Source: an uncultured Opitutia bacterium (lineage in GTDB: Bacteria > Verrucomicrobiota > Verrucomicrobiia > Opitutales > Opitutaceae). Taken from it: 64,000 nt of DNA. Every line of letters begins with the position of its first letter. The first letter of the stretch is position 1. The DNA lies in NCBI GenBank assembly GCA_937952235.1, contig CALFZM010000082.1, positions 4,312 through 68,311 on the forward strand. The letters run 5' to 3'. The notes beneath the pieces are model-generated. The model was given only the letters and a program-made list of their open reading frames with translations, was not told the origin of the DNA and made no database searches. This document shows, piece after piece, positions 56,786 to 64,000 of this stretch. A program made the translations under genes and the position numbers.

Positions 56786-59072
56786 CGACACGGGACCGTC
56801 CACGAACAGCCTCGTGCGCTTCAATGCCATCGCGGGCGTCACGTACCATATCGCGATCGACAGCTACGCGGAGACGGGGCCGTTCACCCTTAGCATCACC
56901 GATGCCGCCTGGCAGTACGTCACCGACGATCCGCTGTATGCGTCGCCGGCCGTCGCGCCCGACGGCACGCTCTACCTCGCGGACGAGCTTGGCTACGTCC
57001 ACGCCATCAACCCGGACGGCACGCGCCGCTGGCGCTCGTCCGCCGTCGACGGCTTCGTGAGCGGCGGCGCGACGGTGGTCGGCGCCGACGGCGCAATCTT
57101 CGCCGCGGACGACTTCGGCGCGGTCTATGCGCTCAATCCCGCGAACGGCGCGCTGCGCTGGAGCTACGAGACCGGCGGCGGCATCTGGGCCGCGCCCGCG
57201 CTGGCGGGAGACGGGACGCTGTATGTGAAATCCGACGACGGCCGGCTCTATGCGCTCAATTCCAACGGCTCGCTCAAGTGGCGCGTCGACGTGCCGGGCG
57301 ACACCTACGCCTCGCCCACGGTCGGGCCCGACGGCACGATTTATCTCGGCTCGGGCGCGGACAGCGCGTTGTACGCCTTGAATCCCGACGGCACGGAAAA
57401 GTGGCGCGCCGATCTCGGGGCGACGGTGTACGGCTCGCCCGCGATCGGGGCGGACGGCACGATCTACCTCGGGAACTTCGACGGCCGCATGTTTGCGTTC
57501 CGGCCCGATGGCACGCGCCGCTGGCAATTCGACACCCGCAGCCCGCTCTCGTCCTCTCCCGTCGTCGACGGCCGCGGCGTCGTCTATTTCGGCTCGTACG
57601 ACCGGAAACTCTACGCCCTCGACGGCGCGACCGGCGCTCCGCGCTGGGACTATGCCACGGGCGAGATCATCCGCTCGACCGCGCCCCTCCTGGCCGACGA
57701 CGGCACGGTCTACATCGGCGGCGACGATGCGTTCATCCACGTCCTCGACTCGGACGGTCGCCTCCTGCGCAAATACGCCACCGGGGGAGCCATCCTCGCC
57801 GCGCCGATCCTTGCGGCCGGGCGGCTCATCGTGCCGTCGAGCGACGGGAAGTGCTACGCCTTCGACACCGGCAACAACCTCGCGCGCACGCCCTGGCCGA
57901 TGCACCGGCACAACCTGCGCCGTTCCGCCCGCGGGACCGCGCCGGACGGCATCCCGGAATTCACCGTGCAGCCGGCCGCGCCGGCGAACGTGACGACCGG
58001 CAGCGCCGTCACGCTCACGGCCGGCGCGAGTCTCGCCGGGGCCGGGACGGTCACGTACCAGTGGCTGTTCAACGACGCCCCGCTGCCCGGCGCGACGGCC
58101 GCGACGCTGCCACTGCCCTCGGTCCAGGGTTCGAGCGCGGGTTCCTACCGGGTGCTTGCCACCGGGCCGGGCGGCACGGTCACGAGCCGGGCGACGGTGC
58201 TCAACGTCACGGCCGTCGCCGCCGACACCGCGCGGCTCATCAACCTGGCGGTTCGCACCCAGGCCGGCGGCGGCGACGCCGTGCTCTTCGTCGGATTCGC
58301 CGTCGGCGGCGCGGGCACGGCCGGCGAGAAGCGGCTGCTCATTCGCGGCGTGGGTCCGACGCTGGGTGCGTTCGGCGTGACGGGGACGCTGGCCGATCCG
58401 CGCCTGCAGCTCTTCGCGGGCGAGACGCTGCTGCAGGAAAACGACAACTGGGGCGGCGATGCACAGATCGCGCTCGTCTCGCCGCAGGTCGGCGCATTCG
58501 CCCTGCAGAGCGCCCAGAGCCTCGATGCCGCCATCCTCGCCCAGCGCGGCGCCGGCAGCTACACCGCGCAGGTCGGCGGTCCCGGCGCGAGCACGGGCCT
58601 CGTGCTCGCGGAGATCTACGACGCCACGCCGACGGCCCAGTTCACCGCCACGACTCCACGGTTGATCAACGTGTCCGCGCGCACCCGCGTGGGCACCGGC
58701 GGTGACGTGCTCATCGCCGGATTCGTCGTCGGCGGCTCGGGCGTGCGCCAGGTGCTGCTCCGCGGCATCGGTCCGACGCTGGGCCTGTTCAACGTCCCCG
58801 GCGTGCTGGCCAATCCGCGGCTTGAACTCTACCAGAGCGGCAACACCACGCCGCTGGCGACCAACGACGACTGGGGCGCATCCGCCAACGCCGCCGAAAT
58901 CGCCGCCGCCGCCGCCCGCGTGGGCGCATTCGCCCTGCCCCTCGAAAGCCGCGACTCCGTGCTGCTCGTGAGCCTGCCTCCCGGCAGCTACACCGCACAG
59001 GTCAGCGGCGCGAACAGCGGCACCGGCGCCGCCATCATCGAGGTGTACGAGGTGCCCCTAGGGGCACCTTAA
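56226..59072 (+). CDS. C-terminal part of the frameshifted gene: beta-sandwich repeats, PQQ-like propeller, Ig domain, two C-terminal repeat modules
   Basis: SLWWSW..DTLLAVY and TLWYRW..DPVAAIY domains, SPAVAPDGTLY blades, YQWLFN Ig, RLINLAVR/RLINVSAR modules; frame reads sensibly back to ~56139 with no signal peptide. Confidence 0.82.
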   Translation: MPAGTGSLWWSWTPPEGSGRVTIDTTGSAVDTLLAVYRLDATATLERATRVAFNDDTAGTASRVSFDAEPGATYAIAVAGKGDTGGYVQAAFVAVPLNDAFAQARVLQGSAVVLPANNGNATLEDGETRSRNAAGRVVGSGRTLWYRWVAPATRPYQIGADSLTMDPVAAIYTGGTLSALAQVGFDDDTGPSTNSLVRFNAIAGVTYHIAIDSYAETGPFTLSITDAAWQYVTDDPLYASPAVAPDGTLYLADELGYVHAINPDGTRRWRSSAVDGFVSGGATVVGADGAIFAADDFGAVYALNPANGALRWSYETGGGIWAAPALAGDGTLYVKSDDGRLYALNSNGSLKWRVDVPGDTYASPTVGPDGTIYLGSGADSALYALNPDGTEKWRADLGATVYGSPAIGADGTIYLGNFDGRMFAFRPDGTRRWQFDTRSPLSSSPVVDGRGVVYFGSYDRKLYALDGATGAPRWDYATGEIIRSTAPLLADDGTVYIGGDDAFIHVLDSDGRLLRKYATGGAILAAPILAAGRLIVPSSDGKCYAFDTGNNLARTPWPMHRHNLRRSARGTAPDGIPEFTVQPAAPANVTTGSAVTLTAGASLAGAGTVTYQWLFNDAPLPGATAATLPLPSVQGSSAGSYRVLATGPGGTVTSRATVLNVTAVAADTARLINLAVRTQAGGGDAVLFVGFAVGGAGTAGEKRLLIRGVGPTLGAFGVTGTLADPRLQLFAGETLLQENDNWGGDAQIALVSPQVGAFALQSAQSLDAAILAQRGAGSYTAQVGGPGASTGLVLAEIYDATPTAQFTATTPRLINVSARTRVGTGGDVLIAGFVVGGSGVRQVLLRGIGPTLGLFNVPGVLANPRLELYQSGNTTPLATNDDWGASANAAEIAAAAARVGAFALPLESRDSVLLVSLPPGSYTAQVSGANSGTGAAIIEVYEVPLGAP

Positions 59073-59216
59073 GTAGAATCGTAGCCGATCAGGGCGGATC
59101 CAAAACGCAACGACGCGAAGGAGAGGAAAGACTCGCGAAGGAAAACAGGGCGAATCTTCGCGTTCCTTTGCGACTTTGCGTTTGGGTTTGGGCTACGGAA
59201 TTATTGAATCTGCTCC
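59071..59216 (-). repeat. ~145-nt structured element, family B copy 3 (reverse orientation)
   Basis: Reverse complement aligns end to end with 26641-26787 and shares the CTGATCGGCTACGATTCTACTT terminus. Confidence 0.85.
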
Positions 59217-59331
59217 AAGCGTCATGCCGCCCCGGCGCGCCCGGAAGGTGTCGCTCGCCGGCGGGCGATTCCGGGAGCGCGCCGTTCCGTCGGCGCCGCG
59301 GCTGCGACGGCACCGCTTCCGGCCGCGCCCC

Positions 59332-60279
59332 TCACTCGCCGTCCAGCCACGCCTCGATCTGCGCCTTCGAACGCCGCACGTCGTCGACGGGCGTCTGCGG
59401 CCCGAGTTCGAGCGTGAGCAGCTGGCCCGGGCGCCAGTACTTCCGCAGGGCGGCGAAATCGACCCGGCCCGTTCCCACCGGCTGGTGATCCCGCCCGCTC
59501 GCACTGACGTCGTGCAGGTGGAAGCCGAGCGTCCGCGCCGCCAGCGCCGCGAGGTGGGAGTGCGGTTCGAGCAGGCCGTGATCCGCCTTGATCGCCGCGT
59601 GGCCGGTGTCGTGCCAGTAGCCCACCGGCGCGTCCGCCGGCAAGCCGTCCAGCCAGACCGCGATGTCGGCCTCGCGCGGGAGCTCCGCAAACCCGTCGCG
59701 GTTTTCAAACCCGAGCCGCACGCCGCGCGCCGTCGCGTGCGGCAGCAGCGCCCCGACGCTCTCCTGCGCGCGACTCCAGAACGGCGGCAGCTTCCGCGCC
59801 AGCCGCGCCTGCGCCCGCGCCAGCACCGCCGCGTAGCGCGCTCCGGCGGCGGGGGACGGCGCGGCGGCCGTTTCCCGCCGGCACCGTGCCAGCCGCGGCG
59901 CGGGATCGAACCACCGGAAGCGCACGCGCCCGAGATGGCACACCAGCACCTCCGCCTTCACCTCGGCCGCGAAATCGAGACTGCGCCGGCTGTGCCGCAG
60001 CCACTGCTCGCGCTCGGCGGCGTCGGGCGACGACGGCTCGTAAAGGTTGGGCGCGGCGCGCAACGCTCCGGGCGGCAGCGGACAGAAGTTGTGCGTCGAG
60101 CTCACGCGGATCACGCCGGCTTGGACCGCCCGGAGAATGCCCGGGACGAGCGTGACCGGGACGCCGTGGCTCAATTCCACGTGCTCGAACCCGAGGCGCG
60201 CGATTTCCTCCAGCATCGCGTGGCCGTCCCGATGCCGGTGCGAGCACCAGCAGGTGGAGAGGGCGAGCCGCGGCTTCAC
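59332..60279 (-). CDS. Sugar phosphate isomerase/epimerase / AP-endonuclease-2-like TIM barrel
   Basis: ALSTCW, VELSHG, HNFCP, GFENR, WHDTGH, FHLHDV, TLEL; GTG start inferred. Confidence 0.82.
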   Translation of the reverse strand: MKPRLALSTCWCSHRHRDGHAMLEEIARLGFEHVELSHGVPVTLVPGILRAVQAGVIRVSSTHNFCPLPPGALRAAPNLYEPSSPDAAEREQWLRHSRRSLDFAAEVKAEVLVCHLGRVRFRWFDPAPRLARCRRETAAAPSPAAGARYAAVLARAQARLARKLPPFWSRAQESVGALLPHATARGVRLGFENRDGFAELPREADIAVWLDGLPADAPVGYWHDTGHAAIKADHGLLEPHSHLAALAARTLGFHLHDVSASGRDHQPVGTGRVDFAALRKYWRPGQLLTLELGPQTPVDDVRRSKAQIEAWLDGE

Positions 60280-60316
60280 GCGTCCGGACCCTGCCCGACG
60301 TCTCCCGCCAGACAAC

Positions 60317-60346
60317 AAAAAGCCGCACCTCGGAATGAGGTGCGGC
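60317..60346 (-). terminator. Intrinsic terminator after rpsU
   Basis: Minus strand GCCGCACCTC-attcc-GAGGTGCGGC-TTTTT. Confidence 0.85.
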
Positions 60347-60368
60347 GGGAAAGGGACGGGCGGGCGAC

Positions 60369-60566
60369 TTATTCCGCGTACCGGCGGCGAAGCATCTGCG
60401 TGAAGGCCTGGACCTTTTCCTTCCGACGGCGCTTCTCGCAGGGCTTTTCGTAATAACGCTTGGCGCGGGTACCCTTGATGATGTTCTCGCGATCGAGCTT
60501 CTTCTTCATGCGCCGCAGCGCGCGGTCGATGGGCTCGTTCTTGCGAATCTTGATTTCGATGGGCAT
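60369..60566 (-). CDS. rpsU: 30S ribosomal protein S21
   Basis: MPIEIKIRKNEPIDRALRRMKKK..RYYEKPCEKRRRK. Confidence 0.95.
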   Translation of the reverse strand: MPIEIKIRKNEPIDRALRRMKKKLDRENIIKGTRAKRYYEKPCEKRRRKEKVQAFTQMLRRRYAE

Positions 60567-60683
60567 GGGACGGTCTAGAGCGGTCGGATGGTGAAAGGAA
60601 AAGCGGAGCAATAGGCCAGCCGCCGCAGGCTTCGTCAACGGCTTTTTTCGGCCCCGCAACACCCGGTTTGGTGGCCCAGTGAA

Positions 60684-60836
60684 CACACGGAAGACACGGA
60701 AACGCGGGGCCCGAGCCGCCGGACAATTGGCAAGGAAGCGGCTGAACGCGACGCTCGGGAGATCGGGAAGGAATCCGGGTTCCTCCCGGCCTTCCGGTCC
60801 GGCACAGACTACGCCCCGTTCCGGGTGCTCCGTGGG
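60684..60836. repeat. Imperfect inverted repeat of CACGGAA-type units in the rpsU-dnaE intergenic region
   Basis: CACACGGAAGACACGGAAA (60684-60702) versus TTCCGGGTGCTCCGTGGG (60819-60836). Confidence 0.55.
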
Positions 60837-60903
60837 CAGAATTTCCCCGCTTCCCCTTTCCGTGCGCTTGCACGCGTCATCGCGGCGGCTTGTTTCAAGG
60901 GCC

Positions 60904-63900
60904 TTGGCTGCCTCCGACCAGAATTTCGTCCATCTCCACGTCCACACCGACTACAGCCTGCTCGACGGCTGCTGCCGGATAGACCGGCTGGTGGAGCGGG
61001 CCCAGCAACTCGGCATGAGCGCGATGGCGCTCACCGACCACGGCAATCTCTACGGTGCGATCGAATTTTACAACCAGGCGAAGGCCAAGGGGATTAAACC
61101 ACTGATCGGCTGTGAACTCTATCTCACCGAGACCTCGCGGCTGGAGAAGAACGGCCGCTCCGACGAGGGCAAGTCGATCTTCCACCTGGGCCTGCTGGCG
61201 AAGAATCTCACCGGCTATCAGAATCTGCTGAAGCTGGTTTCAGACGCCCACCTGCGGGGTTTCTATTACAAACCGCGCACCGACATCGAAACGCTCGCCC
61301 GGCACGCCTCCGGGCTCATCGGTTTCACCGGCTGCCTGGCTTCGCTCGTGCCGCAGCACCTGCTCTACGACCGCCACGAGGAGGCGAGGAAGGCCTGCGG
61401 CCGTTTCGTGGAAATCTTCGGCCGGGAGAATTATTTCGTCGAGATCCAGGACCACGGCATTCCGGAGCAGAAGAAGATCATCCCCGGCCTCCTGAGGCTG
61501 GCGGAGGAGTTCGGCCTGAAAGTCATCTGCACGAACGACGTTCACTACGTGCGCGACCAGGACGCGGGGCCGCACGATGCGATGCTCTGCATCCAGACCG
61601 GTTCGAAGATCGACGACGAGAAGCGGATGAGATTTTCGGGCAACCAGTTCTACCTGAAGTCGCGCGACGAGATGGCGCGCCTCTTCGCCGAGGTGCCCGA
61701 GTCGCTCACCAACACGCAGCTCGTCGCCGAGATGTGCGAGCTCGCGATTCCGTTTCCGAAGGGCAGCGAGCGCTACCCCCGCTACCCGCTGCCGGTGGAG
61801 GTGCGGTCCACGCTCTCGCCCGCCCAGTACCTGCACGAGCTCTGCGTGAAGGGCCTGACGAGCCGCTACGGCTGCGACTTCCAGGCGGTCGCCCAGCGCC
61901 CCGTGGTCGCGGCGCGGCTCGCGAAGCTCTCGGACCTGCCCGCCGGGCAGAAGCCGCAGCCGCCCGACTACGCCGGCCTTGCCCTCGAGGAGGAACTCGC
62001 CGTCCGGATGGGCTACGAGCTGGCGATCATCAACGTCACGGGCTTTGTCGACTACTTCCTCGTCGTCTGGGATTTCATCAACTGGGCGAAGCAACACGGC
62101 GTGCCCGTCGGCCCCGGCCGCGGCTCCGGCGCCGGCTGCCTCGTGGCCTACCTGCTCGGCATCACCAACCTCGACCCGATCCGCTTCAAGCTGCTGTTCG
62201 AGCGCTTCCTCAATCCCGAGCGCGTGTCGCCGCCCGACTTCGACATCGATTTCTGCATGCGGCGGCGCGAGGAGGTCATCAACTACGTCCGCGAGAAGTA
62301 CGGCCGCGACTGCGTGGCCAACATCATCACCTACGGCACGCTCGGCGCGAAGATGGTGATCCGCGACATCTCGCGGGTGCACAACCTCGCGTTCGCCGAC
62401 GCCGACCGGCTCGCGAAGATGATCCCCGACGAGCTCAACATCACGCTCGAGGATTCGATCACGAAGAGCGCCGAGCTGCGCGACGAGGTCAGCCGCAATC
62501 CGGTCGCGAAGCGGATCTTCGACCAGGCGCGCGTGCTCGAGGGCATGGTGCGCAACACCGGCAAGCACGCGGCCGGCATCATCATCACGGACAAGCCGCT
62601 CGACGAGTTCGTCCCCCTCACGCTGCAGGAAGGGGACGTCACGGTGCAGTTCGACATGAACGCCGTCGGCAAGCTCGGCCTGCTGAAGATGGACTTCCTC
62701 GGGCTGAAGACCCTCACGGTGATTTCCGACGCGGTGGAGAACGTGCGCCGCACGGCCGACCCGGCCTTCGACATCGAGCGGATCCCGCTCGATGACCCGA
62801 AGACCTACACGATCCTCAACGCGGGCAAGACGGTCGGCGTGTTCCAGCTCGAATCGCCCGGGATGCAGAATGCCTGCAAGCAGGTCGGCGTCTCGAACAT
62901 CGACGACATCAATGCCATCTGCGCGCTCTACCGCCCGGGGCCGATGGCGTTCATCCCCGACTACGCCCGCGGCAAGAAGGACCCCGCGAGCGTGTCCTAT
63001 CCGCATCCGCTGCTCGAGCAGTCGCTGCAGGAGACGTATGGCATCATCGTCTACCAGGAGCAGGTGATGGAGTGCGCGAAGATCATCGCCGGCTACACGC
63101 TCGGCGGCGCCGACATGCTGCGCCGCGCGATGGGCAAGAAGGATGCGGAGGCGATGGCGAAGGAGCGGATCAAGTTCGTCGAGGGCGCGAAGCGCGTGAA
63201 CGACATCGACGAGAAGAAGGCCAACGAGATCTTCGACCTGCTGAACAAGTTCGCCAGCTACGGCTTCAACAAGTCGCACTCCGCCGCGTACGCGCTCGTC
63301 AGCTACCAGACGGCGTATCTGAAGGCCAACTACCCGGTGCAGTTCATGGCCGCGGTGCTGACGGCCGAGCTGGGCAACGCCGAAAAGGTCTCCCACTTCA
63401 TCGCCGAATGCGAGGCGATGGGCATCACCGTGCTCGGCCCGGACGTGAACGAGTCGCGCGAGACGTTCACGCCGGTGTTTCGCCGGGGGGCGAAACCCGG
63501 GGCCGAGGCGACGGGCAATGGGCGATCGACCAGCCTGGCGGCCTCCGAACCCGCCACCCCATCGCCCATCGCCCCTCGCCCCTCGCCTGCCCAGCCCGAA
63601 GCGGATGGCGGCGGAGCCGCCATCCGCTTCGGGCTGGCCGGCATCAAGGGCGTCGGCGAGCAGGCCGCCCAGAAGATCCTCGAGGAACGCGAGAAGACGG
63701 GCGCCTACCGCGACTTCGCCGACTTCCTGCTGCGCGTGGACGCGCGCGCGATCAACAAGCGCGTGCTCGAGAACCTCGTCGCCACCGGCGCCTTCGATTT
63801 CGGCGGCACGGAGCGCGAGGAGCTCTTCGGCCAGCTCGACGAGGCGCTCGCGGTGCTGGCCGAGCTGCAGCGGAAGTACCCGGGGCTGCGGAAGGACGCC

Positions 63901-64000
63901 CCCGCGGCAGGAGTTCGTCCGCCTGCTGCGCCACCCCCGGCGCGCACCGGCGGCCGCTCCGGCCGCGACCGCGCTGGCCGACGACGCGATGTTCGAGCTC
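60904..64000 (+). CDS. dnaE: DNA polymerase III alpha subunit (runs off window)
   Basis: My translation: [15 protein letters not shown] (PHP), [61 protein letters not shown]; absent from the ORF track, presumably because no stop falls in the window. Confidence 0.96.
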   Translation, partial: MAASDQNFVHLHVHTDYSLLDGCCRIDRLVERAQQLGMSAMALTDHGNLYGAIEFYNQAKAKGIKPLIGCELYLTETSRLEKNGRSDEGKSIFHLGLLAKNLTGYQNLLKLVSDAHLRGFYYKPRTDIETLARHASGLIGFTGCLASLVPQHLLYDRHEEARKACGRFVEIFGRENYFVEIQDHGIPEQKKIIPGLLRLAEEFGLKVICTNDVHYVRDQDAGPHDAMLCIQTGSKIDDEKRMRFSGNQFYLKSRDEMARLFAEVPESLTNTQLVAEMCELAIPFPKGSERYPRYPLPVEVRSTLSPAQYLHELCVKGLTSRYGCDFQAVAQRPVVAARLAKLSDLPAGQKPQPPDYAGLALEEELAVRMGYELAIINVTGFVDYFLVVWDFINWAKQHGVPVGPGRGSGAGCLVAYLLGITNLDPIRFKLLFERFLNPERVSPPDFDIDFCMRRREEVINYVREKYGRDCVANIITYGTLGAKMVIRDISRVHNLAFADADRLAKMIPDELNITLEDSITKSAELRDEVSRNPVAKRIFDQARVLEGMVRNTGKHAAGIIITDKPLDEFVPLTLQEGDVTVQFDMNAVGKLGLLKMDFLGLKTLTVISDAVENVRRTADPAFDIERIPLDDPKTYTILNAGKTVGVFQLESPGMQNACKQVGVSNIDDINAICALYRPGPMAFIPDYARGKKDPASVSYPHPLLEQSLQETYGIIVYQEQVMECAKIIAGYTLGGADMLRRAMGKKDAEAMAKERIKFVEGAKRVNDIDEKKANEIFDLLNKFASYGFNKSHSAAYALVSYQTAYLKANYPVQFMAAVLTAELGNAEKVSHFIAECEAMGITVLGPDVNESRETFTPVFRRGAKPGAEATGNGRSTSLAASEPATPSPIAPRPSPAQPEADGGGAAIRFGLAGIKGVGEQAAQKILEEREKTGAYRDFADFLLRVDARAINKRVLENLVATGAFDFGGTEREELFGQLDEALAVLAELQRKYPGLRKDAPAAGVRPPAAPPPARTGGRSGRDRAGRRRDVRA
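63505..63588. repeat. Heptamer-based inverted repeat in frame within dnaE
   Basis: AGGCGAC-GGGCAAT-GGGCGAT ... ATCGCCC-ATCGCCC-CTCGCCC-CTCGCCT. Confidence 0.7.

Noticed and set aside
63478-63615. Intein in dnaE
   Set aside because: Far too short; lacks the N-terminal Cys/Ser block and the C-terminal His-Asn

Overview
High-GC bacterial chromosomal window, most consistent with an Opitutaceae-like verrucomicrobium. The lineage is inferred from gene content and protein styles, not from a database search. Most of it is core genome: thiL-tsaE, rnhB, rnhC-mutY, DUF47-pit, ppk1, a ClC channel, an SNF2 helicase, waaA, an M16 protease, fabF, HIT-phoH-HD-ybeY, recO with a nuclease-DinG helicase, rpsU and dnaE (partial). 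Accessory material includes: (i) an ECF sigma / anti-sigma / LTxxQ protein / sigma54 two-component cluster with a visible -24/-12 promoter; (ii) a LacI plus TonB-dependent receptor pair; (iii) three secreted proteins sharing an uncharacterised ~125-aa C-terminal module, one of them a frameshifted subtilase-propeller gene; (iv) glycan-type hydrolases. At least three families of short palindromic elements are scattered through the window: six REP doublets, three copies of a ~145-nt structured element, and short-tandem-unit inverted repeats, one of which lies in frame inside dnaE. I found no rRNA, tRNA, CRISPR array, transposase or integrase. All calls come from reading motifs by eye, and start codons are best guesses.
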